Shown here: piece by piece, positions 15,937 through 25,512 of the stretch | How positions within the stretch are numbered: position 1 is the stretch's first letter | Layout of the letters: each line of letters opens with the position of its first letter | NCBI RefSeq assembly: GCF_015291785.1 | Contig: NZ_CP031706.1 | Direction: 5' to 3' (one strand) | Source of the DNA: Escherichia coli | GTDB taxonomy: Bacteria > Pseudomonadota > Gammaproteobacteria > Enterobacterales > Enterobacteriaceae | DNA: 32,000 bases | Notes under the pieces: generated by a model | Databases searched by the model: none | Told to the model about the DNA's origin: nothing | The model's input: only the letters and a program-made list of their open reading frames with translations | Program-made: the position numbers and the translations under genes

Positions 15937-17835
15937 ATGAGTCAAAACGATATCATTATCAGAACTCATTATAAGTCTCCTCATAGATTGCACATCGATA
16001 GCGACATACCAACACCTTCATCAGAGCCTATTAATAAATTTGCGCGCCAGTTCATCACCCTACTTGATACCTCTGACTTAAGTTCGATGCTGTCATACTG
16101 TGTTATTCAGGAATTTACCGCAAACTGTCGAAAAATATCACAAAATTGTTATTCCACTGCCCTTTTTACCATTAACTTTGCCACTTCACCCATCCATGCA
16201 GAAAATATACTCATTACATTACACTATAAAAAAGATTTCATTTCCTTATTACTGGAAACCACGCCTATTAAAGCTAACCATTTGCGAAGCATACTGGATT
16301 ATATTGAACAGGAACAGTTAACTGCTGAAGATCGTAACCATTGTATGAAACTGTCTAAAAAAATCCATAGAGAAAAAACTATACACCCAACAGTAAATCT
16401 CAATGGTAGTGCATGTTTTTTGCAATCTCCTTCTGACGCTATTTTTTGTCGCCATCTGTCATTGCAATACGCCCTTGATTCATTGAGAAATGGAAAAGGC
16501 AAAGTCAACCTGATTAAACATTACTCCTCCGTTGAATCCATACAGCAGCATGTCCCCTTAGTCCGGGACGCGGAGTTCAGAGCATTACTTCGCCATCCTC
16601 CTGCAGGGAGTCGCGTTATCGCGAGTAAGGATTTTGGCTTCGCTTTAGATATTTTCTTTTGTCGAATGATGGCAAACAATGTCAGTCATATGTCCGCGAT
16701 TTTATATATAGACAATCATACTTTGTCAGTAAGGCTACGAATAAAGCAGTCAGTGTATGGACAATTAAACTATGTTGTGTCCGTTTACGACCCGAACGAT
16801 ACCAACGTTGCCGTCAGAGACACCCACAGGACAGCACGGGGCTTTCTTTCGCTTGATAAGTTCATCAGTTCAGGTCCCGATGCTCAGACCTGGGCTGATA
16901 GATATGTTCGCAACTGTGCAATTGCTATTCTGCCCCTATTACCTGTGGGAGTTCCAGGGGCTATTTTCGCGGGTATTGCATCACGAATGCCATTTGCCCC
17001 TATACATCCATCGGCAATGTTGTTAATAATGGCTACAGGCCAGACTCAACAGCTTATTACATTATTCAAACAGTTGCCCATACTCCCTGAAAAAGAAATC
17101 ATTGAAATAATAACTGCGCAGAATAGCGTTGGTACACCTGCTTTATTTTTGGCTATGATGAACGGACATACTGACAACGTGAAAATATTTATGCAAGAAA
17201 TTCAGTCACTGGTAGATAATCACATCATTCATGAAGATAATCTGGTTAAATTACTGCAAACTAAAAGTGCTAACGAAACACCTGGACTTTATATCTCCAT
17301 GTTGTATGGATTCGATGAAATAATCGATATCTTTCTGAATGCATTAACCACTCCAATAGCACAAGAGCTTTTAAACAAAAAACTGGTGATGAGTATTTTA
17401 GCCATGAAAATACATGATGGTGAGCCAGGATTATACGCCGCAATGGAAAATAATCACCCTTTGTGTGTCACACGGTTCCTCTCTAAAATTAATGGCATCG
17501 CCTTTAAATACAAGTTGAGCAAAGCTAACATCATGGATTTATTAAAAGGAGCTACAGCACAGGGAACCCCTGCATTATACATCGCCATGAGCAAGGGTAA
17601 TGAAGACGTCGTGTTATCTTATATATCGACGCTGGGTGCTTTTGCAAAAAAACATTCTTTTAGTCAACATCAGTTATTTACACTATTGGCCGCTAAAAAT
17701 CATGACAACATGTCAGCTGTTCATATAGCCATTCATCATAAGCATTATAAAACTGTAGAAACATATTATGCTGCTATAAATGTCATCAGCCAAAGCCTGA
17801 GTTTTAGTGCTGATGAAATAAAGACGTATTTATAA
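15937..17835 (+). CDS. arpB: Full-length ArpB-type ankyrin-like repeat protein; N-terminal half resembles the ShET2/EspL/OspD effector family; putative cysteine protease
   Basis: 632-aa uninterrupted ORF between thrS and yniD. N-terminal C171/H251/D285 in contexts [17 protein letters not shown] and [10 protein letters not shown]; C-terminal repeats with a 48-aa period. Family assignment is by recognition, not search. Confidence 0.85.
   Translation: MSQNDIIIRTHYKSPHRLHIDSDIPTPSSEPINKFARQFITLLDTSDLSSMLSYCVIQEFTANCRKISQNCYSTALFTINFATSPIHAENILITLHYKKDFISLLLETTPIKANHLRSILDYIEQEQLTAEDRNHCMKLSKKIHREKTIHPTVNLNGSACFLQSPSDAIFCRHLSLQYALDSLRNGKGKVNLIKHYSSVESIQQHVPLVRDAEFRALLRHPPAGSRVIASKDFGFALDIFFCRMMANNVSHMSAILYIDNHTLSVRLRIKQSVYGQLNYVVSVYDPNDTNVAVRDTHRTARGFLSLDKFISSGPDAQTWADRYVRNCAIAILPLLPVGVPGAIFAGIASRMPFAPIHPSAMLLIMATGQTQQLITLFKQLPILPEKEIIEIITAQNSVGTPALFLAMMNGHTDNVKIFMQEIQSLVDNHIIHEDNLVKLLQTKSANETPGLYISMLYGFDEIIDIFLNALTTPIAQELLNKKLVMSILAMKIHDGEPGLYAAMENNHPLCVTRFLSKINGIAFKYKLSKANIMDLLKGATAQGTPALYIAMSKGNEDVVLSYISTLGAFAKKHSFSQHQLFTLLAAKNHDNMSAVHIAIHHKHYKTVETYYAAINVISQSLSFSADEIKTYL
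17137..17832 (+). repeat. Five protein-level repeats with exact 48-residue (144-nt) pitch inside arpB
   Basis: Repeat starts at residues 401 [20 protein letters not shown], 449 [20 protein letters not shown], 497 [20 protein letters not shown], 545 [20 protein letters not shown] and 593 [20 protein letters not shown]. Confidence 0.9.
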
Positions 17836-18006
17836 CCAGCTATTTACGATATATATCGATACATAATTTTATTTTTTTCATAAAACGCAGAAACAGTGAC
17901 CATGTGCACAACGCCACCCGACGGCTGTAATAACAAAAAATCCCTTGATGCCTGTCCCTTTTGTTACACTCCGTTATCACGCACAAGAGATATGCAGGAC
18001 ACTGGT

Positions 18007-18114
18007 ATGCCGACTAAACGCTTTGATAAAAAACACTGGAAGATGGTGGTGGTGCTACTGGCAATCTGTGGCGCTATGTTGTTGCTACGTTGGGCAGCAA
18101 TGATTTGGGGCTGA
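18007..18114 (+). CDS. yniD: Small single-TM protein YniD (35 aa; the track shows a longer 72-aa in-frame ORF from 17896)
   Basis: MPTKRFDKKHWKMVVVLLAICGAMLLLRWAAMIWG with one hydrophobic span; position between arpB and ydiY. Confidence 0.88.
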   Translation: MPTKRFDKKHWKMVVVLLAICGAMLLLRWAAMIWG

Positions 18115-18166
18115 GCAGTGACAAACGAAGACAGCCAGACCGCATAACACGGTCCGGCAGATAATT

Positions 18167-18925
18167 TTACATGCTGTAGCCCAGCGATAAGGTTGTCCGA
18201 CGATCGGTATGTTCCGGTGCAGACTCTGGAGGTTCAGAGTTCCATGTGACGTTGTAAGCCACTTTCAGTCCAAAATGTTCATTAATAGCAACATTTAATG
18301 CGCTTTCGGAGTTCAGCGTTGTGTCTTCCGCGCCAAAGACGGAAACACCCTGCGTAAATTTAGCGTTGTCAGTCAACTGCCATGCATAAGCACCGGAGGC
18401 ATAGCCCAGCGGCTGAGTTTCACTGGCATTGTCGGTATATTTGTCGTAACGCACACCTGGACCGAATTCAAAGCGGAAACTGTGTACCGGGCCATTCAAA
18501 AACTGACGACCATAACCCGCGGTCAACACATCGCGCTCTCGATAGCCGTTATAACGGTCTGTCAGCCAGCTTGCCTGACCAAATAAATAGTCATAATCAG
18601 TTAAATTAAAACGGCTACGCCCGCCCGCCGCATATTTTTCTGAAGAACGCTCATCATTAGAAGAAGTATTACTGGCGTTCCCCCACAGCGACCAGGCAGT
18701 GGTTTGTCCATACCAGGTCATGGTGGTGTCAGCCGTAAGTGAGGAGCTTTTCGTATTGCCTGATTGTGCAAGATATCCTGCGTTCAGATTACCTTCGAAA
18801 GGTTTTTTAGCGCTGGCAGGATCGTCCATGACAGTAAAAACGGAATCATCGGCAGCTGCATTCAGTGACGCAAACATGCCCCCCGCCAACATAACGATGG
18901 CAGGAACTGTCTTCAAAAGCTTCAT
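18167..18925 (-). CDS. ydiY: YdiY, DUF481-family salt-induced outer membrane protein
   Basis: 252-aa ORF with signal peptide MKLLKTVPAIVMLAGGMFASLNAAADD and beta-rich GNLNAGYLAQSGNTKSSSLTADTTMTWYG. Confidence 0.93.
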   Translation of the reverse strand: MKLLKTVPAIVMLAGGMFASLNAAADDSVFTVMDDPASAKKPFEGNLNAGYLAQSGNTKSSSLTADTTMTWYGQTTAWSLWGNASNTSSNDERSSEKYAAGGRSRFNLTDYDYLFGQASWLTDRYNGYRERDVLTAGYGRQFLNGPVHSFRFEFGPGVRYDKYTDNASETQPLGYASGAYAWQLTDNAKFTQGVSVFGAEDTTLNSESALNVAINEHFGLKVAYNVTWNSEPPESAPEHTDRRTTLSLGYSM

Positions 18926-18945
18926 TTATCAAGAGTCCGTACAAC

Positions 18946-18969
18946 AAAAAAAGAGACCATCGCGGTCCC
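18946..18969 (-). terminator. Terminator-like hairpin in the 5' leader of ydiY
   Basis: Minus strand GGGACC-GCGAT-GGTCTC-TTTTTTT (6-bp stem with one G-U, U7 run) about 20 nt upstream of the ydiY start codon. Confidence 0.6.
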
Positions 18970-19211
18970 GGAAACTTTCTTAAGGATCAAAGATTAGCGT
19001 CCCTGGAAAGGTAACGAATTATAAAAAGGCGCGAATAACTTAGCAATGTATTCTTATTTCATTTTTTGAATAAGCATGTGGCGAAAACAGATTTTTATTT
19101 ATATATATTTATCTGCAAAATTTTAAATAAAGCTCTAATAAATCATATTGTTAATTTCTTCACTTTCGGCTGATTCGGTGCCAGACTGAAATCAGCCTAC
19201 AGGAGGAAATG

Positions 19212-20141
19212 ATGGTACGTATCTATACGTTGACACTTGCGCCCTCTCTCGATAGCGCAACAATTACCCCGCAAATTTATCCCGAAGGAAAACTGCGCTG
19301 TACCGCACCGGTGTTCGAACCCGGGGGCGGCGGCATCAACGTCGCCCGCGCCATTGCCCATCTTGGAGGCAGTGCCACAGCGATCTTCCCGGCGGGTGGC
19401 GCGACCGGCGAACACCTGGTTTCTCTGTTGGCGGATGAAAATGTCCCCGTCGCAACTGTAGAAGCCAAAGACTGGACCCGGCAGAATTTACACGTACATG
19501 TGGAAGCAAGCGGTGAGCAGTATCGTTTTGTTATGCCAGGCGCGGCATTAAATGAAGATGAGTTTCGCCAGCTTGAAGAGCAAGTTCTGGAAATTGAATC
19601 CGGGGCCATCCTGGTCATAAGCGGAAGCCTGCCGCCAGGTGTGAAGCTGGAAAAATTAACCCAACTGATTTCCGCTGCGCAAAACCAAGGGATCCGCTGC
19701 ATCATCGACAGTTCTGGCGAAGCGTTAAGTGCAGCACTGGCGATTGGTAACATCGAGTTGGTTAAGCCTAACCAAAAAGAACTCAGTGCGCTGGTGAATC
19801 GCGAACTCACCCAGCCAGACGATGTCCGCAAAGCCGCGCAGGAAATCGTTAATAGCGGCAAGGCCAAACGGGTTGTCGTTTCCCTTGGTCCACAAGGAGC
19901 GCTGGGTGTTGATAGTGAAAACTGCATTCAGGTGGTGCCACCACCGGTGAAAAGCCAGAGTACCGTTGGCGCTGGTGACAGCATGGTCGGCGCGATGACA
20001 CTGAAACTGGCAGAAAATGCCTCTCTTGAAGAGATGGTCCGTTTTGGCGTAGCTGCGGGGAGTGCAGCCACACTCAATCAGGGAACACGTCTGTGCTCCC
20101 ATGACGATACGCAAAAAATTTACGCTTACCTTTCCCGCTAA
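19212..20141 (+). CDS. pfkB: 6-phosphofructokinase isozyme 2
   Basis: 309-aa PfkB-family carbohydrate kinase MVRIYTLTLAPSLDSATITPQIYPEGKLRC...GAGDSMVGAM; second of two adjacent ATGs used; RBS AGGAGG upstream. Confidence 0.98.
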   Translation: MVRIYTLTLAPSLDSATITPQIYPEGKLRCTAPVFEPGGGGINVARAIAHLGGSATAIFPAGGATGEHLVSLLADENVPVATVEAKDWTRQNLHVHVEASGEQYRFVMPGAALNEDEFRQLEEQVLEIESGAILVISGSLPPGVKLEKLTQLISAAQNQGIRCIIDSSGEALSAALAIGNIELVKPNQKELSALVNRELTQPDDVRKAAQEIVNSGKAKRVVVSLGPQGALGVDSENCIQVVPPPVKSQSTVGAGDSMVGAMTLKLAENASLEEMVRFGVAAGSAATLNQGTRLCSHDDTQKIYAYLSR

Positions 20142-20149
20142 CAAAAACA

Positions 20150-20171
20150 TTCCCCCAGCATTGGGGGAATC
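20150..20171. terminator. Inverted repeat, probable terminator downstream of pfkB
   Basis: TTCCCCCAGCATTGGGGGAA directly after the pfkB stop codon; no long T-run on the plus strand. Confidence 0.45.
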
Positions 20172-20241
20172 ACCACCAACCTGTCGGCAACGCGTTTCTC
20201 CGACTATGCTCAAAAGTCATGTGATAACAAAGGGGTGAACT

Positions 20242-20532
20242 ATGGCCAGTGGCGATCTTGTCCGTTATGTCATAACCATCATGTTGCATGAGGATACATT
20301 GACTGAAATTAACGAGTTGAATAATTACCTGACTCGCGACGGTTTTTTGCTCACCATGACGGATGATGAGGGAAATATCCATGAGCTGGGGACTAACACT
20401 TTTGGACTTATCAGTACCCAAAGTGAAGAAGAAATTAGAGAACTGGTTTCGGGGCTTACCCAAAGTGCAACCGGCAAAGATCCTGAAATCACCATCACGA
20501 CCTGGGAGGAATGGAATAGCAACAGAAAATAA
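20242..20532 (+). CDS. ydiZ: Uncharacterised protein YdiZ
   Basis: 96-aa ORF MASGDLVRYVITIMLHEDTLTEINELNNYLTRDGF between pfkB and yniA. Confidence 0.9.
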   Translation: MASGDLVRYVITIMLHEDTLTEINELNNYLTRDGFLLTMTDDEGNIHELGTNTFGLISTQSEEEIRELVSGLTQSATGKDPEITITTWEEWNSNRK

Positions 20533-20637
20533 ATGGTTTTTGGGCAATAATCAGTCTGTGGTGTGCGTTAGCTCGTGTTTTTACACCGCATTCTTGCGCT
20601 AACCTTATGATCTGGCAGACAACATGGGAGAGACATC

Positions 20638-21498
20638 ATGTGGCAGGCAATCAGTCGTCTTTTGAGCGAGCAGTTAGGTGAAGGCGAAATCGAACTGCGT
20701 AATGAACTGCCTGGCGGAGAAGTCCATGCCGCATGGCATTTGCGCTATGCAGGACATGACTTTTTCGTCAAATGTGATGAAAGGGAACTGCTTCCCGGTT
20801 TTACCGCCGAAGCCGACCAACTGGAGTTACTGTCGCGTAGTAAAACCGTCACCGTGCCTAAGGTTTGGGCAGTAGGCGCTGACCGTGACTACAGTTTTCT
20901 GGTGATGGATTATCTCCCACCTCGTCCGCTGGATGCGCATAGCGCATTTATTCTTGGTCAGCAAATTGCGCGTTTACATCAATGGAGTGACCAACCACAA
21001 TTTGGCCTCGATTTTGATAACTCGCTCTCCACAACTCCACAGCCCAACACCTGGCAACGTCGCTGGTCAACGTTTTTTGCTGAACAACGGATTGGCTGGC
21101 AGTTGGAACTGGCAGCAGAGAAAGGGATCGCTTTCGGCAATATCGACGCCATCGTCGAGCATATTCAGCAGCGTCTGGCCTCGCATCAACCGCAGCCTTC
21201 TCTGTTGCACGGCGATTTATGGTCCGGCAACTGTGCGCTGGGTCCGGATGGCCCGTACATTTTCGACCCTGCCTGCTACTGGGGTGACCGAGAGTGCGAC
21301 CTGGCGATGTTACCGCTGCATACTGAACAGCCGCCACAAATCTATGACGGCTATCAGTCAGTATCCCCGCTACCTGCCGATTTCCTTGAACGTCAACCGG
21401 TTTACCAACTCTACACGCTGTTAAATCGTGCAAGATTATTTGGCGGTCAGCATTTGGTTATTGCTCAGCAGTCATTGGATAGATTATTAGCAGCATGA
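20638..21498 (+). CDS. yniA: YniA, fructosamine kinase-like (aminoglycoside phosphotransferase-fold) protein
   Basis: 286-aa ORF with LLHGDLWSGNCALGPDGPYIFDPACYWGDRECDLAM. Confidence 0.96.
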   Translation: MWQAISRLLSEQLGEGEIELRNELPGGEVHAAWHLRYAGHDFFVKCDERELLPGFTAEADQLELLSRSKTVTVPKVWAVGADRDYSFLVMDYLPPRPLDAHSAFILGQQIARLHQWSDQPQFGLDFDNSLSTTPQPNTWQRRWSTFFAEQRIGWQLELAAEKGIAFGNIDAIVEHIQQRLASHQPQPSLLHGDLWSGNCALGPDGPYIFDPACYWGDRECDLAMLPLHTEQPPQIYDGYQSVSPLPADFLERQPVYQLYTLLNRARLFGGQHLVIAQQSLDRLLAA

Positions 21499-21538
21499 TA
21501 TGGGTTGAGGATAATGGCCGCTCCGTGCGGCCTTTTGA

Positions 21539-22075
21539 TTAAATAAACCCAAGCAGAGAAAAGAACACATAACCTGCAGCAATACAAATAACCGGCAGGA
21601 TATATAGTGAGAAAAACTGCAGGAAAATAGTATGGTGCGGAACAACAATACGGGACTCAATTTGTTCACGCGTTAGCCCCTCTTCCCCTTTGGCTTTTTC
21701 CAGAATGAGTTGATCTTCAACACCTTCCCGCAAGAAGCGCGCCTGGCGACTCATCCGGGCACCGGAATCCTGCAACGCCAGTCCGACAAAAATCAGGATG
21801 AAAATCACCCAGAACATAACGTTCACGCCACCATTAAAATTAGGGGTCGGGGAGTTATACCAGAACAGATTCAAAAAAGGCGTATTCGCCTGCATCATAT
21901 CGATCATGACATGAGTAAAGTCGAGCATGACCGCATTAATGCCTTCCTGGTTTTCCTGCCGGGTATTCATAAATTTCAGCAAAGAAATCAATGTAGAGAT
22001 CAATGCAGGTATAAAAATCACCCAACCCAAAATCCTTTTCAAAACAGCAATGCGTCCAGCTTGTTGATACGTCAT
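21539..22075 (-). CDS. yniB: YniB, membrane protein
   Basis: 178-aa ORF MTYQQAGRIAVLKRILGWVIFIPALISTLISLLKF with several hydrophobic segments, between yniA and yniC. Confidence 0.93.
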   Translation of the reverse strand: MTYQQAGRIAVLKRILGWVIFIPALISTLISLLKFMNTRQENQEGINAVMLDFTHVMIDMMQANTPFLNLFWYNSPTPNFNGGVNVMFWVIFILIFVGLALQDSGARMSRQARFLREGVEDQLILEKAKGEEGLTREQIESRIVVPHHTIFLQFFSLYILPVICIAAGYVFFSLLGFI

Positions 22076-22221
22076 GAGTTCTCCTTGATTAAGACGCGTC
22101 GTTTCACTTAGTTTACCTGTAGATATCTGTTTTCGCCCATTCTTTAAAGGCGATATGATAGGCGCTTAATCATAAGCACGGCTTAATACCTTACACATAA
22201 TGCTCTAAAGGAGAGGTTGTA

Positions 22222-22890
22222 ATGTCAACCCCGCGTCAGATTCTTGCTGCAATTTTTGATATGGATGGATTACTTATCGACTCAGAACCTTTATGGGATC
22301 GAGCCGAACTGGATGTGATGGCAAGCCTGGGGGTGGATATCTCCCGTCGTAACGAGCTGCCGGACACCTTAGGTTTACGCATCGATATGGTGGTCGATCT
22401 TTGGTACGCCCGGCAACCGTGGAATGGGCCAAGCCGTCAGGAAGTAGTAGAACGGGTTATTGCCCGTGCCATTTCACTGGTTGAAGAGACACGTCCATTA
22501 TTACCAGGCGTGCGCGAAGCCGTTGCGTTATGCAAAGAACAAGGTTTATTGGTGGGACTGGCCTCCGCGTCACCACTACATATGCTGGAAAAAGTGTTGA
22601 CCATGTTTGACTTACGCGACAGTTTCGATGCCCTCGCCTCGGCTGAAAAACTGCCTTACAGCAAGCCGCATCCGCAAGTATATCTCGACTGCGCAGCAAA
22701 ACTGGGCGTTGACCCACTGACCTGCGTAGCGCTGGAAGATTCAGTAAATGGCATGATCGCCTCTAAAGCAGCCCGCATGCGTTCCATTGTCGTTCCTGCG
22801 CCAGAAGCGCAAAATGATCCACGTTTTGTATTAGCAAACGTCAAACTCTCATCGCTGACAGAACTCACCGCAAAAGACCTTCTCGGTTAA
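22222..22890 (+). CDS. hxpB: HAD-superfamily 2-deoxyglucose-6-/hexitol phosphatase
   Basis: 222-aa ORF (yniC) with FDMDGLLIDSEP, GLASASPLHM and CVALEDSVNGMIASKAA. Confidence 0.95.
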   Translation: MSTPRQILAAIFDMDGLLIDSEPLWDRAELDVMASLGVDISRRNELPDTLGLRIDMVVDLWYARQPWNGPSRQEVVERVIARAISLVEETRPLLPGVREAVALCKEQGLLVGLASASPLHMLEKVLTMFDLRDSFDALASAEKLPYSKPHPQVYLDCAAKLGVDPLTCVALEDSVNGMIASKAARMRSIVVPAPEAQNDPRFVLANVKLSSLTELTAKDLLG

Positions 22891-22892
22891 TG

Positions 22893-22922
22893 ACCAGGGG
22901 CAGTGATCTCGCTGCCCCTGGT
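22893..22922 (+). terminator. Intrinsic terminator-like hairpin after yniC/hxpB
   Basis: ACCAGGGGCAG-TGATCTCG-CTGCCCCTGGT followed by TCTTT. Confidence 0.8.
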
Positions 22923-23020
22923 TCTTTATCTGAATTTGCATTCAACTGACGGATTAATCGTCAATTTAAGAGAAAGAGTTACACCGTCACCACTTCCGTG
23001 CACTGTATAAAAATCCTATA

Positions 23021-23036
23021 CTGTACGTATCGACAG
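23021..23036. promoter_or_regulatory. LexA (SOS) box upstream of ydjM
   Basis: CTGTACGTATCGACAG fits CTG-N10-CAG. A weaker partial box, CTGTATAAAAATCC, lies just upstream at about 23003-23018. Confidence 0.85.
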
Positions 23037-23052
23037 TTTAGTGAGTTTTATC

Positions 23053-23643
23053 ATGACGGCGGAAGGTCACCTTCTCTTTTCTATTGCTTGTGCGGTATTT
23101 GCCAAAAATGCCGAGCTGACGCCCGTGCTGGCACAGGGTGACTGGTGGCATATTGTCCCTTCCGCAATCCTGACGTGTTTGTTACCGGACATCGATCACC
23201 CAAAGTCGTTTCTTGGGCAGCGATTAAAATGGATATCAAAACCGATCGCCCGCGCTTTTGGGCATCGTGGTTTTACCCACAGTCTGCTGGCGGTATTTGC
23301 GCTGCTGGCAACCTTTTACCTTAAGGTTCCGGAAGGCTGGTTCATTCCGGCTGATGCGCTACAAGGAATGGTGCTGGGTTATTTGAGCCACATACTTGCC
23401 GATATGCTGACACCCGCCGGTGTTCCCCTGCTCTGGCCATGCCGCTGGCGTTTCCGCTTGCCTATCCTGGTTCCCCAAAAGGGCAACCAACTGGAACGTT
23501 TTATCTGCATGGCATTATTTGTCTGGTCGGTATGGATGCCCCATTCATTACCCGAGAACAGCGCTGTTCGTTGGTCATCGCAAATGATCAATACCTTGCA
23601 GATCCAGTTTCATCGGCTTATTAAGCATCAGGTTGAATACTAA
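23053..23643 (+). CDS. ydjM: YdjM, LexA-regulated inner membrane metal-dependent hydrolase-like protein (196 aa from MTAEGHL)
   Basis: ORF with DIDHPKS and HRGFTHSLL motifs of the YdjM/YbcI family; SOS box upstream. The track start adds MSFI. Confidence 0.95.
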   Translation: MTAEGHLLFSIACAVFAKNAELTPVLAQGDWWHIVPSAILTCLLPDIDHPKSFLGQRLKWISKPIARAFGHRGFTHSLLAVFALLATFYLKVPEGWFIPADALQGMVLGYLSHILADMLTPAGVPLLWPCRWRFRLPILVPQKGNQLERFICMALFVWSVWMPHSLPENSAVRWSSQMINTLQIQFHRLIKHQVEY

Positions 23644-23775
23644 AAAGACAAAAATCACCTTTCTGGAATAAGCAATTCCATTTGAATATAAGAGCCAGCT
23701 CACAGTTCTGTTAATCTTGCGCCAACACTATGACTGCTACGCAGTGATAGAAATAATAAGATCAGGAGAACGGGG

Positions 23776-25167
23776 ATGAACTTTCCATTAATTGCGAACA
23801 TCGTGGTGTTCGTTGTACTGCTGTTTGCGCTGGCTCAGACCCGCCATAAACAGTGGAGTCTGGCGAAAAAAGTGCTGGTGGGTCTGGTGATGGGTGTGGT
23901 TTTTGGCCTTGCCCTGCATACCATTTATGGTTCTGACAGCCAGGTACTTAAAGATTCTGTACAGTGGTTTAACATCGTTGGTAACGGCTATGTTCAACTG
24001 CTGCAAATGATCGTTATGCCGTTAGTCTTCGCCTCTATTCTGAGCGCGGTTGCCCGTCTGCATAACGCATCTCAGTTAGGCAAAATCAGTTTTCTGACCA
24101 TCGGTACGCTTTTGTTTACCACGCTGATTGCGGCGCTGGTCGGTGTGCTGGTCACCAACCTGTTTGGTTTGACGGCTGAAGGTCTGGTTCAGGGTGGTGC
24201 AGAAACTGCACGTCTGAACGCCATTGAAAGTAACTATGTTGGTAAAGTCTCTGATCTGAGCGTTCCGCAGCTGGTCTTGTCCTTTATCCCGAAAAACCCG
24301 TTTGCCGATCTTACCGGAGCCAATCCGACGTCAATTATCAGCGTGGTAATTTTTGCCGCATTCCTCGGCGTAGCTGCATTGAAACTGCTGAAGGATGATG
24401 CGCCGAAAGGTGAACGCGTCTTAGCCGCTATCGATACCCTACAAAGCTGGGTGATGAAACTGGTTCGCCTTGTCATGCAATTGACCCCTTACGGCGTTCT
24501 GGCTCTAATGACCAAAGTGGTTGCAGGTTCTAACTTGCAAGACATCATCAAACTGGGAAGTTTCGTTGTCGCGTCCTACCTCGGTCTGCTGATTATGTTT
24601 GCAGTGCATGGCATTCTGCTGGGCATTAATGGCGTGAGTCCGCTGAAGTACTTCCGTAAGGTATGGCCTGTGCTGACGTTTGCCTTTACCAGCCGTTCCA
24701 GTGCTGCGTCTATCCCACTGAATGTGGAAGCACAAACGCGTCGTCTGGGCGTTCCTGAATCCATCGCCAGTTTCGCCGCCTCTTTCGGTGCAACCATTGG
24801 TCAGAACGGCTGCGCCGGTTTGTATCCGGCAATGCTGGCGGTGATGGTTGCGCCTACGGTTGGCATTAACCCGCTGGACCCGATGTGGATTGCGACGCTG
24901 GTCGGTATTGTTACCGTTAGTTCCGCAGGCGTTGCCGGTGTCGGTGGTGGTGCAACTTTCGCCGCACTGATTGTGCTGCCTGCGATGGGCCTGCCAGTAA
25001 CCCTGGTGGCGCTGTTAATCTCCGTTGAACCGCTTATCGACATGGGCCGTACGGCGCTAAACGTTAGTGGCTCGATGACAGCTGGCACGCTGACCAGCCA
25101 GTGGCTGAAGCAAACCGATAAAGCCATTCTGGATAGCGAAGACGACGCCGAACTGGCACACCGTTAA
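23776..25167 (+). CDS. tcyP: L-cystine/sulfocysteine:cation symporter TcyP (DAACS family)
   Basis: 463-aa ORF with [17 protein letters not shown] and [15 protein letters not shown]. Confidence 0.96.
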
Positions 25168-25170
25168 TTC

Positions 25171-25512
25171 TTATGCTGGCAACGGTCCGTTTTGTATAGG
25201 GGCCGTTGCTTTACTTTTTAAATGTTCCATCGCGGCGATGCATACTGACTCATATTTAAACAGATCGTCAGCGAAAAAAATGTCCAACTTATCAATACAT
25301 TCCTGGCTCAATGAATGTGCCTGTAGTGAGAAGCTTAAAACCTCATACCCGAGACGTTTTCTAAGTGAACTATCTGGAATACTCATAATATCTTCAAGCA
25401 CACCACTTCCCATTCCCGGAAGATTTAGTGGATTAAAAAGAAGATTGATATTAAGCATTGATATTATCGAAGGAAACTTTAGGAGACTCTCATTTTTTTT
25501 GAATCGCAGCAA
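25171..25512 (-). pseudogene. ydjO: Possible 3' fragment of the ydjO locus (113-aa ORF, non-ATG start TTG)
   Basis: Same strand and same tcyP-cedA interval as ydjO, which I recall as one longer ORF in K-12; in-frame stop TGA just upstream of the A8 tract. Confidence 0.4.

Noticed and set aside
18115-18166. Possible hairpin ACCGCATAACACGGT between yniD and ydiY as a terminator
   Set aside because: The stem is short with no following T-run on either strand; insufficient to call.
19277-19927. 216-aa minus-strand ORF within pfkB
   Set aside because: Shadow ORF antisense to pfkB.
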